From assembly GCF_964355755.1 (NCBI RefSeq), contig NC_092675.1:13736912-13800911 (forward strand): a DNA stretch of 64,000 bases. Direction: 5' to 3'. The translations under genes were made by a program, and so were the position numbers. The stretch is from Antedon mediterranea. Its lineage: Eukaryota > Animalia > Echinodermata. Of the stretch, positions 50,401 to 64,000 are shown piece after piece. How positions within the stretch are numbered: position 1 is the stretch's first letter; each line of letters begins with the position of its first letter. The notes under the pieces were generated by a model. That model searched no databases. It was not told the DNA's origin and saw nothing but the letters and a program-made list of their open reading frames with translations.

Positions 50401-52875
50401 TTGTTAACATAAAAACACCAATGTGCTTAGAATCACATTATAAACCGTTTTAGACCATTTTGAGCATTTCGATAACAATTTTCACACAAAAACATCAAAG
50501 AGCACAAAATAACTTAATATCGTATTTATAAATGTTTTAGACCATTTTGAGCATTTCGACAAAACTTTTTCACACAAAACACCAAAGTGCTTAGAATAGC
50601 TTCAAATCGCATTTGGAGACGTTTTAGACCATTTTGTGATTTCGATGAAACTTGATTACACAAAAACATCAAAGTGCTTAAAATCACATTATAAACCGTT
50701 TTAGACCATTTTGAGCATTTCGATAACACTTTTCACACAAAAACATCAAAGAGCAAAAAATAGCTTATTATCGTATTTAAAAACGTTTTAGACCATTTTG
50801 AGCATTTAGACAAAACTTTTTCACACAAAACACCAAAGTGCTTAGAATAGCTTCAAATCGCATTTGGAGACGTTTTAGAACATTTTGTGTTTTTCGAAAA
50901 AAACTGTTAACATAAAAACACCAAAGTGCTTAGAATAGCTTCAAATCGCATTTGGAGACGTTTTAGAACATTTTGTGTTCTTCGAAAAAACTTGTTACCA
51001 TAAAAACACCAAAGTGCTTAGAATAGCTTCAAATCGCATTTGGAGACGTTTTAGACCATTTTGTGATTTTTGAAAAAACTTGTTAACATAAAAACACCAA
51101 AGTGCTTAGAATAGCTTCAAATCACATTTGGAGACGTTTTAGACCATTTTGTGATTTTCGAAAAAACTTGTTAACATAAAAACACCAAAGTGCTTAGAAT
51201 AGCGTCAAATCGTATTTGGAGACGTTTTAGACCATTTTGTGATTTTCGAAAAAACTTGTTAACATAAAAACACCAAAGTGCTTAGAATAGCTTCAAATCG
51301 CATTTGGAGACGGTTTAGACCATTTTATGATTTTGAAAAAACTTGTTAACATAAAAACACCAAAGTGCTTAGAATAGCTTCAAATCGCATTTGGAGACGT
51401 TTTAGACCATTTTGTGATTTTCGAAAAAACTTGTTAACATAAAAACACCAAAGTGCTTAGAATAGCTTCAAATCGTATTTGGAGACGTTTTAGACCATTT
51501 TGAGATTTTCGAAAAAACTTGGTTACACAAAAACATCAAAGTGCTTAAAATCACATTATAAACCGTTTTAGACCATTTTGAGCATTTCGATAACACTTTT
51601 CACACAAAAACATCAAAGAGCACAAAATAGCTTAATATCGTATTTAAAAACGTTTTAGACCATTTTGAGCATTTCGACAAAACTTTTTCACACAAAACAC
51701 CAAAGTGCTTAGAATAGCTTCAAATCGCATTTGGAGACGTTTTAGACCAATTTGTGCATTTCGATGAAACTTGATTACACAAAAACATCAAAGTGCTTAA
51801 AATCACATCATAAACCGTTTTAGACCATTTTGAGCATTTCGATAACACTTTTCACACAAAAACATCAAAGAGCACAAAATAGCTTAATATCGTATTTAAA
51901 AACGTTTTAGACCATTTTGAGCATTTCGACAAAACTTTTTCACACAAAACACCAAAGTGCTTAGAATAGCTTAAAATCGCATTTGGAGACGTTTTAGACC
52001 AATTTGTGCATTTCGATGAAACTTGATTACACAAAAACATCAAAGTGCTTAAAATCACATTATAAACCGTTTTAGACCATTTTGAGCATTTCGATAACAC
52101 TTTTCACACAAAAACATCAAAGTGCTTAAAATCACATTATAAACCGTTTTAGACCATTTTGAGCATTTCGATAACACTTTTCACACAAAAACATCAAAGA
52201 GCACAAAATTGCTTAATATCGTATTTAAAAACGTTTTAGACCATTTTGAGCATTTCGACAAAACTTTTTCACACAAAACACCAAAGTGCTTAGAATAGCT
52301 TCAAATCGCATTTGGAGACGTTTTAGACCAATTTGTGCATTTTGATGAAACTTGATTACACAAAAACATCAAAGTGCTTAAAATCACATCATAAACCGTT
52401 TTAGACCATTTTGAGCATTTCGATAACACTTTTCACACAAAAACATCAAAGAGCACAAAATAGCTTAATATCGTATTTAAAAACGTTTTAGACCATTTTG
52501 AGCATTTCGACAAAACTTTTTCACACAAAACACCAAAGTGCTTAGAATAGCTTCAAATCGCATTTGGAGACGTTTTAGACCAATTTGTGCATTTCGATGA
52601 AACTTGATTACACAAAAACATCAAAGTGCTTAAAATCACATTATAAACCGTTTTAGACCATTTTGAGCATTTCGATAACACTTTTCACACAAAAACATCA
52701 AAGAGCACAAAATAGCTTAATATCGTATTTAAAAACGTTTTAGACCATTTTGAGCATTTAGACAAAACTTTTTCACACAAAACACCAAAGTGCTTAGAAT
52801 AGCTTCAAATCGCATTTGGAGACGTTTTAGACCATTTTGTGATTTTTGAAAAAACTTGTTAACATAAAAACACCA
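35485..52875. repeat. Near-identical ~17-kb duplicate of 1-16960
   Basis: Offsets are 35,484 (8975/44459, 10599/46083, CAACGT 6211/41695), then 35,660 (13242/48902, 14866/50526), then 35,912. Private variants are shared in the same order. The right end is approximate. Confidence 0.88.
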
Positions 52876-55800
52876 AAGTGCTTAGAATAGCTTCAAATCA
52901 CATTTGGAGACGTTTTAGACCATTTTGTGATTTTCGAAAAAACTTGTTAACATAAAAACACGAAAGTGCTTAGAATAGCTTCAAATCGCATTTGGAAACG
53001 TTTTAGACCATTTTGTGATTTTCGAAAAAACTTGTTAACATAAAAACACGAAAGTGCTTAGAATCACATTATAAACCGTTTTAGACCATTTTGAGCATTT
53101 CGATAACAATTTTCACACAAAAACATCAAAGAGCACAAAATAGCTTAATATCGTATTTAAAAATGTTTTAGACCATTTTGAGCATTTAGATAAAACTTTT
53201 TCACACAAAACACCAAAGTGCTTAGAATAGCTTCAAATCGCATTTGGAGACGTTTTAGACCATTTTGTGATTTTTGAAAAAACTTGTTAACATAAAAACA
53301 CCAAAGTGCTTAGAATAGCTTCAAATCACATTTGGAGATGTTTTAGACCATTTTGTGATTTTTGAAAAAACTTGTTAACATAAAAACACGAAAGTGCTTA
53401 GAATAGCTTCAAATCACATTTGGAGACGTTTTAGACCATTTTGTGATTTTCGAAAAAACTTGTTAACATAAAAACACGAAAGTGCTTAGAATAGCTTCAA
53501 ATCGCATTTGGAAACGTTTTAGACCATTTTGTGATTTTCGAAAAAGATTGTTAACATAAAAACACCAATGTGCTTAGAATCACATTATAAACCGTTTTAG
53601 ACCATTTTGAGCATTTCGATAACAATTTTCACAAAAAAACATCAAAGAGCACAAAATAACTTAATATCGTATTTATAAATGTTTTAGACCATTTTGAGCA
53701 TTTCGACAAAACTTTTTCACACAAAACACCAAAGTGCTTAGAATAGCTTCAAATCGCATTTGGAGACGTTTAGACCATTTTGTGATTTTCGAAAAAACTT
53801 GTTAACATTAAAACATCAAAGTGTACAGAATAGCTTCAAATCGCATTTGGAGACGTTTTAGACCAATTTGTGATTTTCGAAAAAACTTGTTAACATAAAA
53901 ACACCAAAGTGCTTAGAATAGCTTCAAATCGCATTTGGAGACGTTTTAGACCATTTTGTGATTTTCGAAAAAAATTGTTAACATAAAAACACCAAAGTGC
54001 TTAGAATCACATTATAAACCGTTTTAGACCATTTTGAGCATTTCGATAACAATTTTCACACAAAAACATCAAAGAGCACAAAATAGCTTAATATCGTATT
54101 TTAAAATGTTTTAGACCATTTTGAGCATTTAGACAAAACTTTTTCATACAAAACACCAAAGTGCTTAGAATAGCTTCAAATCGCATTTGGAGACGTTTTA
54201 GACCATTTTGTGATTTTCGAAAAAACTTGTTAACATAAAAACACCAAAGTGCTTAGAATAGCTTCAAATCGCATTTGGAGACGTTTTAGACCATTTTGTG
54301 ATTTTCGAAAAAACTTGTTAACATAAAAACACCAAAGTGATTAGAATAGCTTCAAATAGCATTTGGAGATGTTTTAGACCATTTTGTGATTTTCGAAAAA
54401 ACTTGTTAACATAAAAACACCAAAGTGATTAAAATAGCTTCAAATCGCATTTGGAGACGTTTTAGACCATTTTGTGGTTTTCAAAAAAACTTGTTAACAT
54501 AAAAACACCAAAGTGCTTAGAATACCTTCAAATCGCATTTGGAGACGTTTTAGACCATTTTGTGCATTTCGATGAAACTTGGTTACACAAAAACATCAAA
54601 GTGCTTAAAATCACATTATAAACCGTTTTAGACCATTTTGAGCATTTCGATAACACTGTTCACACAAAAACATCAAAGAACACAAAATAGCTTAATATCG
54701 TATTTAAAAACGTTTTAGACCATTTTGAGCATTTCGACAAAACTTTTTTACACAAAAGACCAAAGTGCTTAGAATAATTTCAAATCGCATTTGGAGACGT
54801 TTTCGACCAATTTGTGCATTTCGATGAAATTTCGTTACACAAAAACATCAAAGTGCTTAAAATCACATTATAAACCGTTTTAGACCATTTTGAGCATTTC
54901 GATAACACTTTTTCACACAAAACACCAAAGTGCTTAGAATAGCTTCAAATCGCATTTGGAGACGTTTTAGACCATTTTGTGATTTTCGAAAAAACTTGTT
55001 AACATAAAAACACCAAAGTGATTAGAATAGCTTCAAATCACATTTGGAGATGTTTTAGACCATTTTGTGATTTTCGAAAAAACTTGTTAACATAAAAACA
55101 CCAAAGTGCTTAGAATAGCTTCAAATCGCATTTGGAGACGTTTTAGACCAATTTGTGATTTTCGAAAAAAATTGTCAACATAAAAACACCAAAGTGTTTA
55201 TAATAGCTTCAAATCGCATTTGGAGACGTTTTAGACCAATTTGTGATTTTCGCAAAAACTTATCAACATAAAAACACCAAAGGGTTTAGAATAGCTTCAA
55301 ATCGCATTTGGAGGCGTTTTAGACCATTTTGTGATTTTCTAAAAAACTTGTTAACATAAAAACACCAAGGTGCTTAGAATAGCTTCAAATCGCATTTGGA
55401 GACGTTTTAGACCATTTTGTGATTTTCGAAAAAAAATTGTTAACATAAAAACACCAAAGTGCTTTAGAATCACATTATAAACCGTTTTAGACCATTTTGA
55501 GCATTTCGATAACACTTTTCACATAAAAACATCAAAGAGCACAAAATAGCTTAATATCGTATTTAAAAATGTTTTAGACCATTTTGAGCATTTAGACAAA
55601 ACTTTTTCACACAAAACACCAAAGTGCTTAGAATAGCTTCAAATCGCATTTGGAGACGTTTTAGACCATTTTGTGATTTTCGAAAAAACTTGTTAACATA
55701 AACACACCAAAAGGCTTAGAATAGCTTCTAATCGCATTTGGAGACATTTTAGACCAATTTGTGATTTTCGAAAAAACTTGTCAACATAAAAACACCAAAG

Positions 55801-58749
55801 GGTTTAGAATAGCTTCAAATCGCATTTGGAGACGTTTTTAGACCAATTTGTGATTTTCGAAAAAACTTATCAACATAAAAAGACCAAAGTTCTTAGAATC
55901 ACATTATAAACCGTTTTAGACCATTTTGAGCATTCCGATAACAATTTTCACACAAAAACATCAAAGAGCACAAAATAGCTTAATATCGTATTTAAAAACG
56001 TTTTAGACCATTTTGAGCATTTCGACAAAACTTTTTCACACTAAACACAAAAAGTGCTTAGAATAGCTTCAAATCGCATTTGGAGACGTTTTAGACCAAT
56101 TTGTGCATTTCGATGAAACTTGGTTACACAAAAACATCAAAGTGCTTAAAATCACATTATAAACCGTTTTAGACCATTTTGAGCATTTCGATAACACTTT
56201 TCACACAAAAACATCAAAGAGCACAAAATAGCTTAATATCGTATTTAAAAACGTTTTAGACCATTTTGAGCATTTAGACAAAACTTTTTCACACAAAACA
56301 CCAAAGTGCTTAGAATAGCTTCAAATCGCATTTGGAGACGTTTTAGACCATTTTGTGATTTTTGAAAAAACTTGTTAACATAAAAACACCAAAGTGCTTA
56401 GAATAGCTTCAAATCACATTTGGAGACGTTTTAGACCATTTTGTGATTTTCGAAAAAACTTGTTAACATAAAAACACGAAAGTGCTTAGAATAGCTTCAA
56501 ATCGCATTTGGAAACGTTTTAGACCATTTTGTGATTTTCGAAAAAACTTGTTAACATAAAAACACGAAAGTGCTTAGAATCACATTATAAACCGTTTTAG
56601 ACCATTTTGAGCATTTCGATAACAATTTTCACACAAAAACATCAAAGAGCACAAAATAGCTTAATATCGTATTTAAAAATGTTTTAGACCATTTTGAGCA
56701 TTTAGATAAAACTTTTTCACACAAAACACCAAAGTGTTTAGAATAGCTTCAAATCGCATTTGGAGACGTTTTAGACCATTTTGTGATTTTTGAAAAAACT
56801 TGTTAACATAAAAACACCAAAGTGCTTAGAATAGCTTCAAATCACATTTGGAGATGTTTTAGACCATTTTGTGATTTTTGAAAAAACTTGTTAACATAAA
56901 AACACGAAAGTGCTTAGAATAGCTTCAAATCACATTTGGAGACGTTTTAGACCATTTTGTGATTTTTGAAAAAACTTGTTAACATAAAAACACGAAAGTG
57001 CTTAGAATAGCTTCAAATCGCATTTGGAAACGTTTTAGACCATTTTGCGATTTTCGAAAAAGATTGTTAACATAAAAACACCAATGTGCTTAGAATCACA
57101 TTATAAACCGTTTTAGACCATTTTGAGCATTTCGATAACAATTTTCACACAAAAACATCAAAGAGCACAAAATAACTTAATATCGTATTTATAAATGTTT
57201 TAGACCATTTTGAGCATTTCGACAAAACTTTTTCACACAAAACACCAAAGTGCTTAGAATAGCTTCAAATCGCATTTGGAGACGTTTTAGACCATTTTGT
57301 GATTTCGATGAAACTTGATTACACAAAAACATCAAAGTGCTTAAAATCACATTATAAACCGTTTTAGACCATTTTGAGCATTTCGATAACACTTTTCACA
57401 CAAAAACATCAAAGAGCAAAAAATAGCTTATTATCGTATTTAAAAACGTTTTAGACCATTTTGAGCATTTAGACAAAACTTTTTCACACAAAACACCAAA
57501 GTGCTTAGAATAGCTTCAAATCGCATTTGGAGACGTTTTAGAACATTTTGTGTTTTTCGAAAAAAACTGTTAACATAAAAACACCAAAGTGCTTAGAATA
57601 GCTTCAAATCGCATTTGGAGACGTTTTAGAACATTTTGTGTTCTTCGAAAAAACTTGTTACCATAAAAACACCAAAGTGCTTAGAATAGCTTCAAATCGC
57701 ATTTGGAGACGTTTTAGACCATTTTGTGATTTTTGAAAAAACTTGTTAACATAAAAACACCAAAGTGCTTAGAATAGCTTCAAATCACATTTGGAGACGT
57801 TTTAGACCATTTTGTGATTTTCGAAAAAACTTGTTAACATAAAAACACCAAAGTGCTTAGAATAGCGTCAAATCGTATTTGGAGACGTTTTAGACCATTT
57901 TGTGATTTTCGAAAAAACTTGTTAACATAAAAACACCAAAGTGCTTAGAATAGCTTCAAATCGCATTTGGAGACGGTTTAGACCATTTTATGATTTTGAA
58001 AAAACTTGTTAACATAAAAACACCAAAGTGCTTAGAATAGCTTCAAATCGCATTTGGAGACGTTTTAGACCATTTTGTGATTTTCGAAAAAACTTGTTAA
58101 CATAAAAACACCAAAGTGCTTAGAATAGCTTCAAATCGTATTTGGAGACGTTTTAGACCATTTTGAGATTTTCGAAAAAACTTGGTTACACAAAAACATC
58201 AAAGTGCTTAAAATCACATTATAAACCGTTTTAGACCATTTTGAGCATTTCGATAACACTTTTCACACAAAAACATCAAAGAGCACAAAATAGCTTAATA
58301 TCGTATTTAAAAACGTTTTAGACCATTTTGAGCATTTCGACAAAACTTTTTCACACAAAACATTAAAGTGCTTAGAATAGCTTCAAATCGCATTTGGAGA
58401 CGTTTTAGACCAATTTGTGCATTTCGATGAAACTTGATTACACAAAAACATCAAAGTGCTTAAAATCACATCATAAACCGTTTTAGACCATTTTGAGCAT
58501 TTCGATAACACTTTTCACACAAAAACATCAAAGAGCACAAAATAGCTTAATATCGTATTTAAAAACGTTTTAGACCATTTTGAGCATTTCGACAAAACTT
58601 TTTCACACAAAACACCAAAGTGCTTAGAATAGCTTCAAATCGCATTTGGAGACGTTTTAGACCAATTTGTGCATTTCGATGAAACTTGATTACACAAAAA
58701 CATCAAAGTGCTTAAAATCACATTATAAACCGTTTTAGACCATTTTGAG

Positions 58750-61700
58750 CATTTCGATAACACTTTTCACACAAAAACATCAAAGAGCAAAAAATAGCTT
58801 ATTATCGTATTTAAAAACGTTTTAGACCATTTTGAGCATTTAGACAAAACTTTTTCACACAAAACACCAAAGTGCTTAGAATAGCTTCAAATCGCATTTG
58901 GAGACGTTTTAGAACATTTTGTGTTTTTCGAAAAAAACTGTTAACATAAAAACACCAAAGTGCTTAGAATAGCTTCAAATCGCATTTGGAGACGTTTTAG
59001 AACATTTTGTGTTCTTCGAAAAAACTTGTTACAATAAAAACACCAAAGTGCTTAGAATAGCTTCAAATCGCATTTGGAGACGTTTTAGACCATTTTGTGA
59101 TTTTTGAAAAAACTTGTTAACATAAAAACACCAAAGTGCTTAGAATAGCTTCAAATCACATTTGGAGACGTTTTAGACCATTTTGTGATTTTCGAAAAAA
59201 CTTGTTAACATAAAAACACCAAAGTGCTTAGAATAGCGTCAAATCGTATTTGGAGACGTTTTAGACCATTTTGTGATTTTCGAAAAAACTTGTTAACATA
59301 AAAACACCAAAGTGCTTAGAATAGCTTCAAATCGCATTTGGAGACGGTTTAGACCATTTTATGATTTTGAAAAAACTTGTTAACATAAAAACACCAAAGT
59401 GCTTAGAATAGCTTCAAATCGCATTTGGAGACGTTTTAGACCATTTTGTGATTTTCGAAAAAACTTGTTAACATAAAAACACCAAAGTGCTTAGAATAGC
59501 TTCAAATCGTATTTGGAGACGTTTTAGACCATTTTGAGATTTTCGAAAAAACTTGGTTACACAAAAACATCAAAGTGCTTAAAATCACATTATAAACCGT
59601 TTTAGACCATTTTGAGCATTTCGATAACACTTTTCACACAAAAACATCAAAGAGCACAAAATAGCTTAATATCGTATTTAAAAACGTTTTAGACCATTTT
59701 GAGCATTTCGACAAAACTTTTTCACACAAAACACCAAAGTGCTTAGAATAGCTTCAAATCGCATTTGGAGACGTTTTAGACCAATTTGTGCATTTCGATG
59801 AAACTTGATTACACAAAAACATCAAAGTGCTTAAAATCACATCATAAACCGTTTTAGACCATTTTGAGCATTTCGATAACACTTTTCACACAAAAACATC
59901 AAAGAGCACAAAATAGCTTAATATCGTATTTAAAAACGTTTTAGACCATTTTGAGCATTTCGACAAAACTTTTTCACACAAAACACCAAAGTGCTTAGAA
60001 TAGCTTCAAATCGCATTTGGAGACGTTTTAGACCAATTTGTGCATTTCGATGAAACTTGATTACACAAAAACATCAAAGTGCTTAAAATCACATTATAAA
60101 CCGTTTTAGACCATTTTGAGCATTTCGATAACACTTTTCACACAAAAACATCAAAGTGCTTAAAATCACATTATAAACCGTTTTAGACCATTTTGAGCAT
60201 TTCGATAACACTTTTCACACAAAAACATCAAAGAGCACAAAATTGCTTAATATCGTATTTAAAAACGTTTTAGACCATTTTGAGCATTTCGACAAAACTT
60301 TTTCACACAAAACACCAAAGTGCTTAGAATAGCTTCAAATCGCATTTGGAGACGTTTTAGACCAATTTGTGCATTTCGATGAAACTTGATTACACAAAAA
60401 CATCAAAGTGCTTAAAATCACATCATAAACCGTTTTAGACCATTTTGAGCATTTCGATAACACTTTTCACACAAAAACATCAAAGAGCACAAAATAGCTT
60501 AATATCGTATTTAAAAACGTTTTAGACCATTTTGAGCATTTCGACAAAACTTTTTCACACAAAACACCAAAGTGCTTAGAATAGCTTCAAATCGCATTTG
60601 GAGACGTTTTAGACCAATTTGTGCATTTCGATGAAACTTGATTACACAAAAACATCAAAGTGCTTAAAATCACATTATAAACCGTTTTAGACCATTTTGA
60701 GCATTTCGATAACACTTTTCACACAAAAACATCAAAGAGCACAAAATAGCTTAATATCGTATTTAAAAACGTTTTAGACCATTTTGAGCATTTAGACAAA
60801 ACTTTTTCACACAAAACACCAAAGTGCTTAGAATAGCTTCAAATCGCATTTGGAGACGTTTTAGACCATTTTGTGATTTTTGAAAAAACTTGTTAACATA
60901 AAAACACCAATGTGCTTAGAATCACATTATAAACCGTTTTAGACCATTTTGAGCATTTCGATAACAATTTTCACACAAAAACATCAAAGAGCACAAAATA
61001 GCTTAATATCGTATTTATAAATGTTTTAGACCATTTTGAGCATTTTGACAAAACTTTTTCACACAAAACACCAAAGTTCTTAGAATAGCTTCAAATCGCA
61101 TTTGGAGACGTTTTTTATACCATTTTGTGATTTCGATGAAACTTGATTACACAAAAACATCAAAGTGCTTAAAATCACATTATAAACCGTTTTAGACCAT
61201 TTTGAGCATTTCGATAACACTTTTCACACAAAAACATCAAAGAGCACAAAATAGCTTAATATCGTATTTAAAAACGTTTTAGACCATTTTGAGCATTTAG
61301 ACAAAACTTTTTCACACAAAACACCAAAGTGCTTAGAATAGCTTCAAATCGCATTTGGAGACGTTTTAGAACATTTTGTGTTTTTCGAAAAAAACTGTTA
61401 ACATAAAAACACCAAAGTGCTTAGAATAGCTTCAAATCGCATTTGGAGACGTTTTAGAACATTTTGTGTTCTTCGAAAAAACCTGTTAACATAAAAACAC
61501 CAAAGTGCTTAGAATAGCTTCAAATCGCATTTGGAGACGTTTTAGACCATTTTGTGATTTTTGAAAAAACTTGTTAACATAAAAACACCAAAGTGCTTAG
61601 AATAGCTTCAAATCACATTTGGAGACGTTTTAGACCATTTTGTGATTTTCGAAAAAAATTGTTAACATAAAAACACGAAAGTGCTTAGAATAGCTTCAAA

Positions 61701-64000
61701 TCGCATTTGGAAACGTTTTAGACCATTTTGTGATTTTCGAAAAAGATTGTTAACATAAAAACACCAAAGTGCTTAGAAAAGCTTCAAATCGCATTTGGAG
61801 ACGTTTTAGACCATTTTGTGCATTTCGATGAAACTTGGTTACACAAAAACATCAAAGTGCTTAAAATCACATTATAAACCATTTTAGACCATTTTGAGCA
61901 TTTCGATAACACTTTTCACACAAAAACATCAAAGAGCACAAAATAGCTTAATATCTTATTTAAAAACGTTTTAGACCATTTTGAGCATTTCGACAAAACT
62001 TTTTCACACAAAACACCAAAGTGCTTAGAATAGCTTCAAATCGCATTTGGAGACGTTTTAGACCATTTTGTGATTTTCGAAAAAACTTGTTAACATAAAA
62101 ACATCAAAGTGTACAGAATAACTTCAAATCGCATTTGGAGACCGTTTTAGGCCAATTTGTGATTTCCGAAAAAACTTGTTAACCTAAAAATACCAAAGTG
62201 TTTAGAATAGCTTCAAATCGCATTTGGAGACGTTTTAGACCATTTTGTGATTTTCGAAAAAACTTGTTAACATAAAAACACCAAAGTGCTTCAAATCGCA
62301 TTTGGAGACATTTTAGACCAATTTGTGATTTTTGAAAAAACTTGTTAACATAAAAACACCAAAGTGCTTACAATAGCTTCAAATCGTATTTGGAGACGTT
62401 TTAGACCATTTTGTGATTTTCGAAAAAACTTGTTAACATAAAAACACCAAAGTACTTAGAATAGCTTCAAATCGCATTTGGAGACGTTTTAGACCATTTT
62501 ATGCTTTTCGATGAAACTTGGTTACACAAAAACATCAAAGTGCTTAAAATCACATTATAATCCGTTTTAGACCATTTTGAGCATTTCGATAACACTTTTC
62601 ACACAAAAACATCAAAGAGCACAAAATAGCTTAATATCGTATTTAAAAACGTTTTAGACCATTTTGAGCATTTCGACAAAACTTTTTCACACAAAACACC
62701 AAAGTGCTTAGAATAGCTTCAAATCGCATTTGGAGACGTTTTAGACCATTTTGTGATTTTCGAAAAAAATTGTTAACATAAAAACATCAAAGTGTACAGA
62801 ATAGCTTCAAATCGCATTTGGAGACCGTTTTAGGCCAATTTGTGATTTTCGAAAAAACTTGTTAACCTAAAAATACCAAAGTGTTTAGAATAGCTTCAAA
62901 TCGCATTTGGAGACGTTTTAGACCATTTTGTGATTTTCGAAAAAACTTGTTAACATAAAAACACCAAAGTGCTTAGAATAGCTTCAAATCGCATTTGGAG
63001 ACATTTTAGACCAATTTGTGATTTTCGAAAAAACTTGTCAACATAAAAACATCAAAGTGCTTAAAATCACATTATAATCCGTTTTAGACCATTTTGAGCA
63101 TTTCGATAACACTTTTCACACAAAAACATCAAAGAGCACAAAATAGCTTAATATCGTATTTAAAAACGTTTTAACCATTTTGAGCATTTCGACAAAACTT
63201 TTTCACACAAAACACCAAAGTGCTTAGAATAGCTTCAAATCGCATTTGGAGACGTTTTAGACCATGTTGTGCATTTCGATGAAACTTGGTTACACAAAAA
63301 CATCAAAGTGCTTAAAATCACATTATAAACCATTTTAGACCATTTTGAGCATTTCGATAACACTTTTCACACAAAAACATCAAAGAGCACAAAATAGCTT
63401 AATATCGTATTTAAAAACGTTTTAGACCATTTTGAGCATTTCGACAAAACTTTTTCACACAAAACACCAAAGTGCTTAGAATAGCTTCAAATCGCATTTG
63501 GAGACGTTTTAGACCATTTTGTGATTTTCGAAAAAACTTGTTAACATAAAAACATCAAAGTGTACAGAATAACTTCAAATCGCATTTGGAGACCGTTTTA
63601 GGCCAATTTGTGATTTTCGAAAAAACTTGTTAACCTAAAAATACCAAAGTGTTTAGAATAGCTTCAAATCGCATTTGGAGACGTTTTAGACCATTTTGTG
63701 ATTTTCGAAAAAACTTGTTAACATAAAAACACCAAAGTGCTTCAAATCGCATTTGGAGACATTTTAGACCAATTTGTGATTTTTGAAAAAACTTGTTAAC
63801 ATAAAAACACCAAAGTGCTTACAATAGCTTCAAATCGTATTTGGAGACGTTTTAGACCATTTTGTGATTTTCGAAAAAACTTGTTAACATAAAAACACCA
63901 AAGTACTTAGAATAGCTTCAAATCGCATTTGGAGACGTTTTAGACCATTTTATGCATTTCGATGAAACTTGGTTACACAAAAACATCAAAGTGCTTAAAA
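58750..64000. repeat. Near-identical duplicate of about 15060-20054
   Basis: Offset 43,694 (AGCGTC variant 15544/59238), then 43,946 (AATTGC 16295/60241; 17055/61001; window end corresponds to 20054). Confidence 0.85.

Larger units (their letters stand above)
30921..64000. repeat. Satellite DNA array, block 3 (runs off the right edge)
   Basis: Same monomer classes and orientation through to the end of the window. Confidence 0.98.

Noticed and set aside
8975-57392. Ten short minus-strand ORFs of 67-82 aa (e.g. 8975-9202, 10599-10802, 51852-52100)
   Set aside because: They are translations of satellite monomers (recurring KCSKWSKT), opened by single variants that remove stops, and start at GTG rather than ATG where checked. 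They recur only because the DNA blocks are duplicated.

Overview
Eukaryotic, AT-rich satellite DNA, probably centromeric or pericentromeric heterochromatin of an animal (an invertebrate is plausible but not provable here). About 60 kb of the 64 kb is one head-to-tail satellite with no strand switch seen. It is built from four related monomer classes: A (88 bp), B (78 bp), C (87 bp) and D (87 bp). All share the core GTTTTAGACCATTTTG and are arranged as runs of A interleaved with a 252-bp B-C-D trimer. These are nested into near-identical duplications from 165 bp up to about 17 kb. The only non-satellite sequence is two near-identical 2,038-bp copies of a 5'-truncated CR1-group non-LTR retrotransposon (21947-23984 and 28883-30920). 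Each has an uninterrupted RT frame, no endonuclease domain, a 3' hairpin, a (TAAAA)n tail and a 7-bp AAAATAG target duplication. Junctions, flanking SNPs and two 'empty site' paralogues show one insertion that was later amplified passively as part of a 6,936-bp satellite+LINE unit. A ~2.3-kb island of divergent, unamplified monomers lies at about 53760-56060. The short minus-strand ORFs are satellite artefacts. There is no support for a CRISPR, retron or DGR system. All comparisons were done by eye, so variant lists are not exhaustive.
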